A stretch of 64,000 bases of DNA from an uncultured Owenweeksia sp. (lineage in GTDB: Bacteria > Bacteroidota > Bacteroidia > Flavobacteriales > Schleiferiaceae), in the NCBI GenBank assembly GCA_937146805.1, contig CAKZRR010000003.1, positions 6,332 to 70,331 of the forward strand, given 5' to 3'. The translations under genes and the position numbers were made by a program. The notes beneath the pieces were generated by a model. That model was not told the origin of the DNA. It saw nothing but the letters and a program-made list of their open reading frames with translations, and did no database searches. Shown one piece after another: positions 45,457 through 57,080 of this stretch. Within the stretch, counting starts at the first letter, position 1; each line of letters starts with the position of its first letter.

Positions 45457-47880
45457 ATGAAAATTTCTTACAACTGGCTTAAGGAATACATAAACACCGA
45501 TTTAGCTCCTGAAAAAATCTCCGAATTACTAACTGACACCGGACTAGAGGTAGAAGGTTTGGAGGAAATTGAAACCATAAAAGGTGGCTTAAAAGGAGTG
45601 GTGATTGGCGAGGTACTTACTTGCGAACAACACCCCAATGCCGATAGACTGCGAAAAACCACCATTAACATTGGTGATGAAAATGTTTTAGACATTGTTT
45701 GCGGTGCTCCCAATGTAGCCGTGGGCCAAAAAGTAGTTGTGGCCACGGTAGGTACTATTATTTATGCTTCCGATGGCGAGTTTAAAATAAAGAAGAGTAA
45801 AATTAGAGGTGAAGTATCTCAAGGAATGCTTTGTGCCGAAGATGAACTTAACCTAGGCGAAGGTCATGACGGTATTATGGTACTACCGAATGAGGCCCAA
45901 GTGGGAATAACGGCTGCCGAATACTTTAATATTAAAAGCGACTTTGTTTTTGAAATTGGCCTTACCCCCAACCGTACCGATGCCATGTGCCACTTTGGGG
46001 TTGCCCGTGATTTACGCGCTGCTCTATTGCGCTACGATCATAAAGGGATTGAGAACAATCTTCCCTCGGTAGCCTCTTTCAACGCAAGCACCAAAGGTTT
46101 AACCATTAGCATACAAATTGAAAATCAAAACGATTGCTACCGCTATGCGGGCGTTTCGTTAAAAAATATTACGGTTGGCCCGTCTCCAGATTGGATTCAA
46201 AATCGCTTACGCGCCATCGGTATTGGCCCCATTAATAATGTAGTGGATATTACCAACTACGTATTGCACGAAACCGGTCACCCTTTGCATGCCTTTGATG
46301 CAGATACCATTAAAGGAAATACCATTATTGTAAAAAATCAGCCCAATGGCACCCCCTTTATCACGCTTGACGAAAAGGAAAGAACCTTACACCAAGATGA
46401 TTTAATGATTTGCGATGGCGAAGGAAGCATGGTATTAGCAGGTGTTTTTGGAGGCTTGCATTCCGGTGTAACAGAAGCAACTAAAAACGTGTTTTTAGAA
46501 TCGGCTTACTTCAACCCTGTTTCGGTTCGTAAAACCGCCAAACGACATGCCTTAAACACCGATGCTTCTTTTAGATACGAGCGAGGTGTAGATCCAGAAA
46601 TGACGATATACGCTTTGCAAAGAGCCGCCATTTTACTTCGCGATATTGCAGGCGGTGAAATTGCTATGGATATTCGTGATGAACACCCAGTAAAAATAAC
46701 CCCCGTACAAGTAGAGTTGGAATTAAGCCGCATGAAAGTGCTTATTGGTCAAGAAATACCGCTTGATCTAGTAAAAAGCATTTTACATTCATTGGATATC
46801 AAAATACTATCCGAAGGTGCCAACAAACTTCTATTAGAGATTCCTACTTATCGTAGGGACGTTACCCGTGAAGCGGATGTCGTGGAAGAAATCTTGAGGA
46901 TTTACGGTTTCAACGCTATCGAAATTGGTAGCAAAATGCATATTTCGGTAGCACAAACTGACAGCAAAAGTGAAGCGCGCTACCGCGAAAAAATGAGCAC
47001 CGTATTAAGCGGAAAAGGCTTTAATGAAATTATGAATAACTCGCTTACCAAAGCTAGTTACTTCAATGGGTTTGGGTTTACACCCGAAAATAATGTGACT
47101 ATGCTCAACCCGCTTTCGCAGGATTTAAGCGTAATGCGCCAAACATTGCTTTTTGGTGGTTTAGAAACTATTGCCCGAAACAGCAATCGCCAACGAGCTG
47201 ATCTTAACTTATACGAGTATGGTAAAACCTACCAAAAGGTAGAGGATAAATACCAAGAGAAACAACGACTGGCCTTGTGGATGAGCGGACATCAACATCC
47301 TGAGAGCTGGAAAGTTCCTTTTGAAAAATCTGATTTCTTCAGCTTAAAAACACAGGTGCAGCAAATATTATATACCCTAGGTATTACTGATTGGCAGGAA
47401 TTAGATCATGACAGCGAATGTTTGGAATATGGAATTTCGTTGCAATTAAACCAACAGCAAATTGCCATTATTGGTAAGGTTAAACCAGAAGTTTGTCGAT
47501 TGGCTGATGTAAAAATTGATGCTTTTTACGCAGATATTGATTGGGAGTACATTTATAAAAAGGCCCGTAAAAAGAAAATCCGCTACAGCGAATTACCAAA
47601 ATACCCTGAGGTAAGACGCGACCTAGCCTTATTGCTTAATAAGGACGTGGCCTATGCCGATTTGAAAAAAACAGCTTTAACCGCTGAAAGAAAATTATTG
47701 AAGCAGGTTAATCTTTTTGATGTGTATGAAGGGAAAAACTTGCCCGAAAACAAAAAATCGTATGCCCTTAGCTTTACATTATTAGATGAACAAGCCACCT
47801 TAAACGACATGCAAGTTGATAAGGTGATGGATAAAATTGTATCGAAATTTAAAGATGAGTTTGCTGCCGAGCTTCGGTAA
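45457..47880 (+). CDS. pheT: Phenylalanyl-tRNA synthetase beta subunit
   Basis: MKISYNWL, HPNADRL, CGAPNV, GLTPNR, RYERGVD, EEILRIYG, FDX-ACB domain RRDLA...KSYA. Confidence 0.97.
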   Translation: MKISYNWLKEYINTDLAPEKISELLTDTGLEVEGLEEIETIKGGLKGVVIGEVLTCEQHPNADRLRKTTINIGDENVLDIVCGAPNVAVGQKVVVATVGTIIYASDGEFKIKKSKIRGEVSQGMLCAEDELNLGEGHDGIMVLPNEAQVGITAAEYFNIKSDFVFEIGLTPNRTDAMCHFGVARDLRAALLRYDHKGIENNLPSVASFNASTKGLTISIQIENQNDCYRYAGVSLKNITVGPSPDWIQNRLRAIGIGPINNVVDITNYVLHETGHPLHAFDADTIKGNTIIVKNQPNGTPFITLDEKERTLHQDDLMICDGEGSMVLAGVFGGLHSGVTEATKNVFLESAYFNPVSVRKTAKRHALNTDASFRYERGVDPEMTIYALQRAAILLRDIAGGEIAMDIRDEHPVKITPVQVELELSRMKVLIGQEIPLDLVKSILHSLDIKILSEGANKLLLEIPTYRRDVTREADVVEEILRIYGFNAIEIGSKMHISVAQTDSKSEARYREKMSTVLSGKGFNEIMNNSLTKASYFNGFGFTPENNVTMLNPLSQDLSVMRQTLLFGGLETIARNSNRQRADLNLYEYGKTYQKVEDKYQEKQRLALWMSGHQHPESWKVPFEKSDFFSLKTQVQQILYTLGITDWQELDHDSECLEYGISLQLNQQQIAIIGKVKPEVCRLADVKIDAFYADIDWEYIYKKARKKKIRYSELPKYPEVRRDLALLLNKDVAYADLKKTALTAERKLLKQVNLFDVYEGKNLPENKKSYALSFTLLDEQATLNDMQVDKVMDKIVSKFKDEFAAELR

Positions 47881-47906
47881 AACAAGCCTTTTTAAAGTAA
47901 AAAGTT

Positions 47907-49928
47907 ATGGCCAAAAAGTTTAAAATAGTATCTGATTATTCCCCTACGGGCGATCAGCCGCAGGCCATAAAACAATTAGTAGAGGGTCTTAAGGCAGGTG
48001 ATCGTTTTCAAACCTTAATGGGAGTAACGGGCTCGGGTAAAACCTTTACCGCGGCCAATGTAATTGAGCAGGTAGAGCAGCCCACTTTAGTACTTAGTCA
48101 CAACAAAACATTGGCGGCTCAATTGTACAGCGAGCTCAAGCAGTTTTTCCCAGAAAATGCCGTTGAATATTTCGTTTCCTACTATGATTATTACCAACCC
48201 GAGGCCTATATGCCTACATCGGGGACCTACATAGAAAAGGACTTAAGCATTAATGATGAAATTGAAAAACTGCGATTAAGCACCACCTCGTCTTTATTAT
48301 CTGGCAGGCGCGATGTAATTGTAGTGGCTTCGGTTTCTTGCTTATACGGCATTGGTAACCCTCAAGAGTTTGCCAACCAGGTATTGGAAATTAGTACTGG
48401 TCAAGTTATTTCGAGAAACGCCTTGTTACAACATTTTGTAGATGCTTTATATAGCCGTACTACCGCTGAGTTTTCTAGAGGAAATTTTAGAGTAAAAGGC
48501 GACACGGTGGATATTTTCCCTGCCTATTCGGATTCAGCTTTGCGCATTCATTTTTGGGGAGATGAGATTGAAGCTATTGAAAGTTTTGAGCCTTCGTCAA
48601 GGGAAGTTATTGAGCGTTTTGAAACCATTCGAATTTTCCCAGCCAACATATTTGTAACTGGTAAAGACCAACTAAAAGAAGCCATTCATAAAATTCAGGA
48701 TGACATGGTAGAGCAGGTTGATTTTTTTCAGCAAAACCAGCGTCCGCTTGAAGCAAAACGTTTGCAAGAACGAACCGAGTTTGATCTGGAGATGATTCGA
48801 GAGCTGGGTTATTGCTCCGGAATCGAAAATTATTCTCGCTACCTTGATGGCCGACAGCCAGGCTCCCGCCCTTTTTGTCTATTGGATTATTTTCCAGATG
48901 ATTACCTCATGGTAATTGACGAAAGTCATGTAACCACCTCGCAGGTTAAAGCCATGTATGGCGGTGATCGCTCTCGTAAAGAAAATTTAGTAGAATACGG
49001 CTTTCGCCTACCAGCCGCTATGGACAACCGACCTCTAAAATTTGAGGAGTTTGAAATGCTTCAAAATCAAGTAATTTATATCAGTGCCACCCCTGCCGAT
49101 TACGAATTGGAAAAATCGGGTGGTGTTGTGGTAGAGCAACTTATTCGCCCAACAGGGCTACTAGACCCTGTAATTGAGGTACGCCCTGTAGAAACTCAGG
49201 TGGACGACCTGATGGAAGAAATAAACAAGCGCACACAGCTAGATGAACGTGTTTTGGTGACCACACTTACCAAGCGGATGGCCGAAGAACTCACTAAATA
49301 TTTAACGCGCTACGGTATTCGCTGCCGCTATGTACACTCAGATGTAGACACCTTGGAGCGCGTTGAAATTATGCGCGATTTACGCCTAGGAGTTTTTGAT
49401 GTTTTGATTGGAGTAAACCTACTGAGAGAAGGTTTAGATTTACCCGAAGTATCCTTAGTAGCCATTTTAGATGCGGATAAAGAAGGATTTTTAAGATCAG
49501 AGAGAGCCTTGGTACAAACAGTAGGTAGAGCTGCGCGTAACTTAAAGGGTAAGGCTATAATGTATGCTTCCAAAATCACCAATAGTATGCAGCTTACCAT
49601 TGATGAAACCAACCGAAGAAGAGGCATTCAGCAAGAGCATAACGAAAAAAACAATATTACCCCAACCGCTATAGTCAAGTCCAAAGAATCAATTATTGCG
49701 GGCGCCAAAGCCACTGCTTCGGCTAATTACATGCAAGATGATACGCTCACAGCAGCCGCTGAACCAAAGGCCGTTTACCTTAATGCGGATCATTTAAAAA
49801 AGGATATTTTCAAAGTGCGCAAGAGCATGGAAAACGCAGCAAAAGCGCTCGATTTTCTTTCGGCAGCTGCCTTGCGCGATGAATTATCGGAGCTTCAAGA
49901 ACGCTTAAAAATTGAGTTTCCTGAATAA
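47907..49928 (+). CDS. uvrB: Excinuclease ABC subunit B
   Basis: GDQPQAI, GVTGSGKT, HNKTLAAQLY, YYDYYQPEAY, DESHVT, NLLREGLDLPEVSL. Confidence 0.98.
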   Translation: MAKKFKIVSDYSPTGDQPQAIKQLVEGLKAGDRFQTLMGVTGSGKTFTAANVIEQVEQPTLVLSHNKTLAAQLYSELKQFFPENAVEYFVSYYDYYQPEAYMPTSGTYIEKDLSINDEIEKLRLSTTSSLLSGRRDVIVVASVSCLYGIGNPQEFANQVLEISTGQVISRNALLQHFVDALYSRTTAEFSRGNFRVKGDTVDIFPAYSDSALRIHFWGDEIEAIESFEPSSREVIERFETIRIFPANIFVTGKDQLKEAIHKIQDDMVEQVDFFQQNQRPLEAKRLQERTEFDLEMIRELGYCSGIENYSRYLDGRQPGSRPFCLLDYFPDDYLMVIDESHVTTSQVKAMYGGDRSRKENLVEYGFRLPAAMDNRPLKFEEFEMLQNQVIYISATPADYELEKSGGVVVEQLIRPTGLLDPVIEVRPVETQVDDLMEEINKRTQLDERVLVTTLTKRMAEELTKYLTRYGIRCRYVHSDVDTLERVEIMRDLRLGVFDVLIGVNLLREGLDLPEVSLVAILDADKEGFLRSERALVQTVGRAARNLKGKAIMYASKITNSMQLTIDETNRRRGIQQEHNEKNNITPTAIVKSKESIIAGAKATASANYMQDDTLTAAAEPKAVYLNADHLKKDIFKVRKSMENAAKALDFLSAAALRDELSELQERLKIEFPE

Positions 49929-50003
49929 GCCTAAAGCTCAAAACAGGCATAGCTTTTGATGAAAGGATTGCCCTATAATTGACCCTGTACTTTCCCCATT
50001 CAC

Positions 50004-52379
50004 ATGAAAAACTTTTTACTCTTTTCCCTTCTAATTCTTTGTCAAAACTACTTGTTTGGGCAAGTTACAGGCACGGTTGTCGACAACGAAGGGTTGCCGA
50101 TTCCTGGAGCTTCGGTAGCAGCCCACAATCCGCAAAACGAAATAATTAAAGGAACTACTACCAACATAAATGGTGAGTTTGAACTGATTTTGCCAGACGG
50201 CAAGTATCAGATTAAAATAGGTTTTATTGGCTTTAAGGAATGGGCTAAGCCCATTATTGTAGTAGGCGGCAGAGCCCAAGCCTTAGGAACTCTGCAATTG
50301 CAAGTTTCGGAAACTACCTTGGAGGAGGTTACCGTAAAAACAGACGGTAAGATAATGGAGTTTAAAGCCGACAAACGAGTTTTTAACGTAAGTCAAGATA
50401 TTGGCAGCCAAGGCTCTAATGCCTCCGATATTTTAAGTAACATTCCTTCGGTAAGTGTAGATGTAGAAGGCGAGGTAAGCTTACGCGGAAGCTCCAATGT
50501 TCGCATTTTAATTGACGGAAAACCTTCTGGCTTGGTAGGCTCAGATCCCGCGGCCGCCTTGCGTTTATTACAAGGCAGTATGATCGAAAGAATTGAGGTA
50601 ATTACCAACCCTTCTGCGAAATACGATGCCGAAGGAGAAGCGGGAATCATTAACATTGTTTTAAAGAAAGATCAGAAAAAAGGACTAAACGGAACCTTTG
50701 AAGCCCATGCTGGTTATCCAGATAATTATGGCGGTTCACTGGGTTTGAATTACCGAACCGGTAAGTTTAACTTTTTTGTAAACGGAAGTGCAAATTACCG
50801 CGAATCTCCAGGAGGAGGTTTTACCAACCAAAACTACTTTTACACCGATACTACTTTCTCATTAAACACCAGGCGCGACCATACCCGTGGAGGTACAAGC
50901 GCTACCTTGCGCATGGGAAGCGATTATCACTTTAATGCGAATCAAACATTTACCGCAGCCTTTTTATACAGTCCATCGGTAGGCTATAATGATGCTTTAA
51001 TTAGATACCAAGATTTTGATGCAGACAAGGTTTTACGCGAAACTAGCTTTAGGCAAGATGACGAAACCGAGGAAAAGCGAAACTTGGAAACCGACCTAAA
51101 ATTTGTTCAACGTTTTAAAGGAAAAAAGCACCAATGGGCAACTTCATTCAAATTTAGGGACAACAACGATCATGAAAAATCTAACATTCACGAAAACATT
51201 TTATGGAATGAACCGCATCTCTACCAAAAGGTAGAAAATACAGAAGAAGAGCAAAATATTTTAGCGCAAACAGATTATGTTAGACCGCTAAAAAAAGACA
51301 AAAACATTGAAGTGGGTGCCAAAGCAAACTGGCGAACTTTAAACAACCACTATGAGGTAAGCGAATTTGATGGCTTGAGCACATTTGAAGTTTTAGACTC
51401 TTTTACCAATCAATTTAATTACCACGAAAACATTTACGCGGGCTACGCTATTTTTAACAATAAATTTAAAGAAAAACTAAGCTACCAACTGGGCCTTAGA
51501 GCTGAATACAGCTACATAAGTACCGAGTTGGCTTTGGATGACTACGAAAACGTACGAGACTATTTTAACCTTTTTCCCAGCGCATTTTTTAGCTATACAA
51601 TTAAAAAGGGCAGTGAGCTACAAGCAAACTACAGCCGTAGAATAAGCCGCCCTGGTTTTTATTCCCTACTCCCATTTTTCAGCTTTAGCGATAGCCGAAA
51701 TTTTTACTCGGGTAACCCCGATTTAAATCCTGAATTTACAGATAGCTACGAAATAGGTTATCAAAAATATTGGGAAAAAGCCAGTCTTTATAGTGGCCTT
51801 TACTACCGTCATCAAACGGATGTGGTAACCCGAATTAGATTGGTGGACACAGAGGGTAACTCACGCATGTTCCCCATTAATTTAGGCATGCGCGATGCCT
51901 ATGGCCTAGAGCTTAACCTCAATTACAAAATCAAAAAATGGTGGGAAATTAATGCCAATGCCAACCTGTTTCAAGCCAATAACACAGGCACATACCAAGA
52001 GGTAGATTACGGGCGCGCCAACTTTAACAGCCAAGGGCGCTTTAGTAGTAAATTTGCCATTTGGAAAAGTGACGCACAAGTTAGTTTGAATTATCGCGGA
52101 AAAACCAAAACGGCTCAAGGCGAAAGACTCGAAATGTTAAGCCTTGATTTTGGCTGGAGTTTAGACGTATTAAAAGACAAAGCCACCATCAGTTTCTCTG
52201 CTAAGGATTTATTCAACACCCGCAAAAGAAGATCTTACAGTGCAGGAACCAACTTTGATAATTACTCCGAATTTCAATGGCGCCAACGCCAAATATTATT
52301 GAGTTTTAATTACCGCCTCAATCAAAAAAAATCAAAACGCCCGGCAGGCACGCCCTCTGGCAATTCGGGCGGACATTAA
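50004..52379 (+). CDS. TonB-dependent-receptor-like outer membrane barrel with N-terminal carboxypeptidase-regulatory-like domain
   Basis: IPSVSVD..G.VSLRG...V.ILIDGKP plug, IEVITNPSAKYDAEG.AGIINIVLKK, GNPDLNPE, LSFNYR terminus. Confidence 0.88.
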   Translation: MKNFLLFSLLILCQNYLFGQVTGTVVDNEGLPIPGASVAAHNPQNEIIKGTTTNINGEFELILPDGKYQIKIGFIGFKEWAKPIIVVGGRAQALGTLQLQVSETTLEEVTVKTDGKIMEFKADKRVFNVSQDIGSQGSNASDILSNIPSVSVDVEGEVSLRGSSNVRILIDGKPSGLVGSDPAAALRLLQGSMIERIEVITNPSAKYDAEGEAGIINIVLKKDQKKGLNGTFEAHAGYPDNYGGSLGLNYRTGKFNFFVNGSANYRESPGGGFTNQNYFYTDTTFSLNTRRDHTRGGTSATLRMGSDYHFNANQTFTAAFLYSPSVGYNDALIRYQDFDADKVLRETSFRQDDETEEKRNLETDLKFVQRFKGKKHQWATSFKFRDNNDHEKSNIHENILWNEPHLYQKVENTEEEQNILAQTDYVRPLKKDKNIEVGAKANWRTLNNHYEVSEFDGLSTFEVLDSFTNQFNYHENIYAGYAIFNNKFKEKLSYQLGLRAEYSYISTELALDDYENVRDYFNLFPSAFFSYTIKKGSELQANYSRRISRPGFYSLLPFFSFSDSRNFYSGNPDLNPEFTDSYEIGYQKYWEKASLYSGLYYRHQTDVVTRIRLVDTEGNSRMFPINLGMRDAYGLELNLNYKIKKWWEINANANLFQANNTGTYQEVDYGRANFNSQGRFSSKFAIWKSDAQVSLNYRGKTKTAQGERLEMLSLDFGWSLDVLKDKATISFSAKDLFNTRKRRSYSAGTNFDNYSEFQWRQRQILLSFNYRLNQKKSKRPAGTPSGNSGGH

Positions 52380-52440
52380 AAAAAAGCTCCATAGCCATTA
52401 AAAACGTTAAATTTACGGTAGTTTAACGCTTTTCATTCCA

Positions 52441-54276
52441 ATGATTACAAACCGTTCGTCTCGGATTACTACTTTTATTTTGGCGCTTCTTTTTTCCGCT
52501 TTCGCGGGATATAATTTGAAAGCCCAATCGGCTATTGACACCCTAAAAGTAAGACTAGATACCAGCACCAATAAGTGGAACAAAGCAAGGTTGTATGTAG
52601 ATGTTTCTTGGGAGTACCTTTATAATTTCCCAGTATTAACCAAAAAATACGCCCTGGATTTACTGAAGTTTGCTGAAACCGAAAACATGGTAAAAGCTCA
52701 AAGCAGCGCCTACGGTTTGCTAGGCCTTTATCACGAGGTAACAGGTGATTATCAATCCAGTATAGAGAGCTACGTAACAGCTATAGAACTTATCGAAAGA
52801 GTGGATAGCTTAAAGGACAATGCCTCTAGCCATTACGGAAATTTAGCCATTGTTTACCACCATACTGGTGATTATCAAAAAGCCATTTACTATAGGCAAA
52901 AGGAAATGCAAATCCTTAAAAAATATAAGGCCACTCGATCTATGGTAAACGGTTACAATAGTTTGGGTAACACCTTTACGCAGCTTGGCAAAACCGATAC
53001 CGCCTTAGCCTGTTATCAAAAAGCCCTGGATTTAAATAGTGGTAAAGACAAACGCTTAGAGGCTATGATAACCTCCAATATTGGCGATATTTATTTGCAA
53101 TCAAAAAACTACGAAGAAGCGCAAAAGGCCTATTGGTTTAACTATAGTTTCTCGCAAGAAAGCCCAAATGCCACTAGCACTGACAAACTGGATGCCAATT
53201 TTGATTTAGCTGAGTTGTACCTCAAAACCAACGACTATCGTAAAAGCAAAAACTACCTAGACTCTTCTCTTAAAATTGCCCTTAGGCTGAGTAATTACAA
53301 TTATATAGAAGGCGTGTACGATCTTTACTCGCAATATTATGAGCAGGCTGGAGATTTCAAAAACGCTTTACTATATCGAAACAAAAATTACCACATTAGG
53401 GACAGCATTGAAGGAGTCAATGTGCTTCAAAAAATGGCTGAAATAGAATCGAAATTTCAACTACAAACTAAGGAGTTGGAAATTGACAACCTTAGCGCTA
53501 CCGCCAAACTAAAAGACTTAGAACTTGTTGAGAGCGAAAGTAGAACCTTCTTTTGGGCAGCCGTAAGTGTTCTTATTGCATTGCTACTACTATCCTCTAT
53601 TGCCTTGTTGCTTAATATTCGAAAAAAATCGCGTGCTATGAGCAAGCAAAACGAGATTATTAAAGACAAGCATCAAACTATTGAAAGCCTAATGCGTGAA
53701 AATCATCACCGCATTAAAAACAACCTGCAAGTAGTAAGCAGCCTGTTAAAACTACAAAGCAAAAATGTAAAATCTGATAAAGCACGCACCGCGCTTTTAG
53801 AAGCTTTTAATAGGATAAAGACCATTGCCATGATGCACCAAAACCTGCAGGGTGCTCAAACGTTTGAAACCATACCATTGCAAAATTTTATTTCGCAGCT
53901 TACTGAAAATATTAAAAGCTCCATGCTTCCAAAGGATACTGGCATTCAAATTATATCCAGTATTGACCCTTTCGATTTACCAACGGATATTAGTATTTCG
54001 ATAGGACTAATTGTAAATGAACTAGTTACAAATAGCCTTAAATATGCCTTTGATGATGATAAAGGTTTGGTAGAGGTGAATATTGGGCACTGCGAAAAGT
54101 GCCTATACATTGAAATAAATGACAATGGAAAAGGCTTTGAATCAGACTTTAACCCAAAAGAACTAGCAAGTTTAGGTTATAAGATTGTAAATTCCTTAAC
54201 TTCGAAACTCAAAGGAGAGTTAAAAATTGCCAACGAAAAGGGCGCACACATTAAGATAACCATTCCGTATGATTAA
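52441..54276 (+). CDS. Sensor histidine kinase (periplasmic TPRs, HisKA_2 + HATPase)
   Basis: TPR repeats, TM, ENHHRIKNNLQVVSSLL, NELVTNSLKYA, DNGKG, LG..IV. Confidence 0.92.
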   Translation: MITNRSSRITTFILALLFSAFAGYNLKAQSAIDTLKVRLDTSTNKWNKARLYVDVSWEYLYNFPVLTKKYALDLLKFAETENMVKAQSSAYGLLGLYHEVTGDYQSSIESYVTAIELIERVDSLKDNASSHYGNLAIVYHHTGDYQKAIYYRQKEMQILKKYKATRSMVNGYNSLGNTFTQLGKTDTALACYQKALDLNSGKDKRLEAMITSNIGDIYLQSKNYEEAQKAYWFNYSFSQESPNATSTDKLDANFDLAELYLKTNDYRKSKNYLDSSLKIALRLSNYNYIEGVYDLYSQYYEQAGDFKNALLYRNKNYHIRDSIEGVNVLQKMAEIESKFQLQTKELEIDNLSATAKLKDLELVESESRTFFWAAVSVLIALLLLSSIALLLNIRKKSRAMSKQNEIIKDKHQTIESLMRENHHRIKNNLQVVSSLLKLQSKNVKSDKARTALLEAFNRIKTIAMMHQNLQGAQTFETIPLQNFISQLTENIKSSMLPKDTGIQIISSIDPFDLPTDISISIGLIVNELVTNSLKYAFDDDKGLVEVNIGHCEKCLYIEINDNGKGFESDFNPKELASLGYKIVNSLTSKLKGELKIANEKGAHIKITIPYD

Positions 54277-54997
54277 TAGTTTGGATAATATATTAATAGT
54301 TGAGGACGAGCCATTAATTGCGGAAGATATAAATGAAACACTAAGCCAAGCTGGGCATAGTGTTGTTGGTATTGCTCATAATGCAGATGATGCTATTAAA
54401 ATTTTAAAAAGCAACCGAGTTAGCTTGGCATTATTAGATATTGAAATAGACGGCAACATTGATGGCCTTATGTTGGGCTCTATGATAAATGCCGATTTCA
54501 ATATTCCATTCATCTTTTTAACCTCCTTTACAGATCAAAAAACAATTGAAAAAATATTGGCTTTGAAACCCTACGGTTACATTGTAAAGCCTTTTGATGA
54601 TAGCGAGCTGGTTACCAATGTAAACTTGGCCATCTTAAAATTCAAAGAAAAAAGTGAACAACTGGTAAGTGTAGAAAACAGCTTGGAGAATTCCTTTTTC
54701 TTACGTCAAAATGGATCTCTCATTAAAGTACACACTAGTGATATTTTATATGCTGAAGCTTTTGATAACTATTGTTTCATCCATACATTGGGTGCTAAAT
54801 ACCTGCTACCGCACACTTTAAAATCGGTAGAAAAGAAATTGGAAAAACTAAATTTTATGCGGGTGCATCGCAGTTTTTTAGCCAATTTAAATTCAATCGA
54901 GGTAATTAATGAAGACCATTTGGTGATTAACAAAGCCGCTATTCCACTTTCTAAAAACACGCGTTCAGATCTTGTAAAGCGTATTTCCTTGCTATAA
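54269..54997 (+). CDS. LytTR family response regulator
   Basis: IVEDE, LLDI phospho-Asp, FLTS, KP; C-terminal FMRVHRSFLAN LytTR. Confidence 0.93.
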   Translation: MINSLDNILIVEDEPLIAEDINETLSQAGHSVVGIAHNADDAIKILKSNRVSLALLDIEIDGNIDGLMLGSMINADFNIPFIFLTSFTDQKTIEKILALKPYGYIVKPFDDSELVTNVNLAILKFKEKSEQLVSVENSLENSFFLRQNGSLIKVHTSDILYAEAFDNYCFIHTLGAKYLLPHTLKSVEKKLEKLNFMRVHRSFLANLNSIEVINEDHLVINKAAIPLSKNTRSDLVKRISLL

Positions 54998-55019
54998 AAG
55001 CAAACATTATTAGCACGAA

Positions 55020-55053
55020 AAAATCCCTGCCTTTTTACAAAAGCAGGGATTTT
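55020..55053. terminator. Bidirectional Rho-independent terminator
   Basis: AAAATCCCTGC...GCAGGGATTTT between convergent genes. Confidence 0.82.
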
Positions 55054-55078
55054 ATATAATCTGTGTTCGGTAAACTTA

Positions 55079-56011
55079 CTAGCCTACTTTCACTAATTCT
55101 ACTTCAAAAACAAGCCAAGCATTTGGGGGAATTACACCACCTGCGCCCGCTGGACCATAAGCCAAATTAGGAGGAATTACTAAACGTGCTTTATCGCCTT
55201 CTTTTAGCAATAAAATACCTTCATCCCAGCCTGGGATAACCTTACCAGTACCTACCGGAAACTGAATAGGTTGACCGCGTTCAATTGAATTATCAAAAAC
55301 AGAACCATCCTCAAGCATACCTTTATAGTGTACCGAAACATTAGCTCCAGACTGGGCTGGCTTTCCACTTCCAGCTACATCAATTTTAAAACGTAAACCA
55401 GTGGCCGTTTCTTCAAAACCTTTAGATAACTCGTCTATACGAACCATTGCATTTTTCGCTGCAGCTTCTGCCATTTCCTCTTCCTTTTCTCTAAAGCTGT
55501 TAAACACGGTTGCTGCATCAAAACCCTCGGCATTGGCACCAATACGCTCAATGCTTAAAGTTTCAATCAGGTCATCTTGAGCTATCGCATTTACAATATC
55601 CAAGCCTTCTACTACCTTACCAAAAATGGAGTGCTTGTTGTCCAACCACGGGGTTTCAACATGCGTAATAAAAAACTGACTGCCGTTGGTACCTGGGCCC
55701 GCATTGGCCATAGATAACATTCCAGGACCGCTATGGGTTAGAGTTGCGTCAAATTCATCAGGAAAGTTATATCCTGGGCCACCAGAACCGGTGCCTTGAG
55801 GGTCACCTCCTTGAATCATGAAATCGTTAATTACACGGTGAAACTTCAAACCATTGTAATAGGGTTCACCTTCACTCTTTGCTTCATTTTTAATTTTTCC
55901 TTCTGCTAATCCCACAAAATTGGCCACCGTCATTGGGGTACGTTTGTGAAACAACTCGGCTACTATTTCGCCTTTTGAGGTAGAAAACCTCGCATAAACT
56001 CCTTCTTGCAT
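55079..56011 (-). CDS. Cyclophilin-FKBP fusion peptidyl-prolyl isomerase
   Basis: [32 protein letters not shown]; [20 protein letters not shown]. Confidence 0.95.
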   Translation of the reverse strand: MQEGVYARFSTSKGEIVAELFHKRTPMTVANFVGLAEGKIKNEAKSEGEPYYNGLKFHRVINDFMIQGGDPQGTGSGGPGYNFPDEFDATLTHSGPGMLSMANAGPGTNGSQFFITHVETPWLDNKHSIFGKVVEGLDIVNAIAQDDLIETLSIERIGANAEGFDAATVFNSFREKEEEMAEAAAKNAMVRIDELSKGFEETATGLRFKIDVAGSGKPAQSGANVSVHYKGMLEDGSVFDNSIERGQPIQFPVGTGKVIPGWDEGILLLKEGDKARLVIPPNLAYGPAGAGGVIPPNAWLVFEVELVKVG

Positions 56012-56012
56012 T

Positions 56013-57071
56013 TTACTTTGCTACACTAATTAATTCAACATCAAAAATCATCCACGAATTAGCGGGGATAGGACCACGAGCCTGTGCTCCATAACCTAAA
56101 GTTGGAGGAATAATTAAAGTAGCTTTATCACCCACTTTAAGGTATCCAATACCTTCGTCCCAGCCTTTAATTACAGCACCTTGTCCAATTGGAAATTCAA
56201 TTGGCTCACCTCTATCAACAGAGCTGTCAAACTTGGTGCCATCAATAAGAGTACCGGTGTAATGTACTTTTACCTTTTTACCCGCTACCGGAGATTCGGT
56301 GCCATTTTTAGTACCCGTGATTTTATAGAACATACCGCTTGGTGTTTTTTCAAAACCTTCAGTTAAGCTACCCAATTTAGCTTCATCTTCTTTTTGCTTA
56401 GCTACTGCCGCTTCTTTAGCCGCTGCTGCATCCTTATCCGCTTTTACCTTAGCTTCTGCAAAAATAGCTACGGCATCAAACTTTTTACCTTCCTTTCCAA
56501 TTCTAACAATGGTAACGGTGTTCATCACATCGTCCTTTTTAATGGTATTAACCACATCCATTCCTTTAATTACTTTACCAAAAATGCTGTGCTTATTATC
56601 CAACCAGGGAGTAGCCGCAACCGTGATAAAGAATTGACTTCCATTGGTACCAGGACCTGAATTTGCCATTGATAAAATTCCCGGCACATCGTGCTTTAAG
56701 CTCGCGTCAAACTCATCTGGAAAGGCATATCCGGGGCCACCCGCACCTGTACCCTGTGGATCACCACCCTGAATCATAAAATCCTGCGCATCGCCATTGG
56801 CCTTGGTAATTACACGGTGAAATTTCAATCCATCGTAAAACGGAACGCCTTCTCCTTTTACTTCATTTTTCATGTTACCTTCGGCTAAAGCCACAAAGTT
56901 GGCCACCGTTACAGGTACTTTATCATAGTGTAGTTTTATCAAAATTGTTCCCTTATCGGTACTAAATTCTGCATAAACACCCTCTTCTAAATCTTTGTGT
57001 GCTTTGTTTTGTGAGTTACAGCTACTCAAAAAGCTTACTGCTAAAAGTGCAGTCATTACTAAATTTCTCAT
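56013..57071 (-). CDS. Lipoprotein cyclophilin-FKBP fusion PPIase
   Basis: Lipobox FLSSC; same two domains as the downstream paralog. Confidence 0.94.
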   Translation of the reverse strand: MRNLVMTALLAVSFLSSCNSQNKAHKDLEEGVYAEFSTDKGTILIKLHYDKVPVTVANFVALAEGNMKNEVKGEGVPFYDGLKFHRVITKANGDAQDFMIQGGDPQGTGAGGPGYAFPDEFDASLKHDVPGILSMANSGPGTNGSQFFITVAATPWLDNKHSIFGKVIKGMDVVNTIKKDDVMNTVTIVRIGKEGKKFDAVAIFAEAKVKADKDAAAAKEAAVAKQKEDEAKLGSLTEGFEKTPSGMFYKITGTKNGTESPVAGKKVKVHYTGTLIDGTKFDSSVDRGEPIEFPIGQGAVIKGWDEGIGYLKVGDKATLIIPPTLGYGAQARGPIPANSWMIFDVELISVAK

Positions 57072-57080
57072 TCTTTTAAA

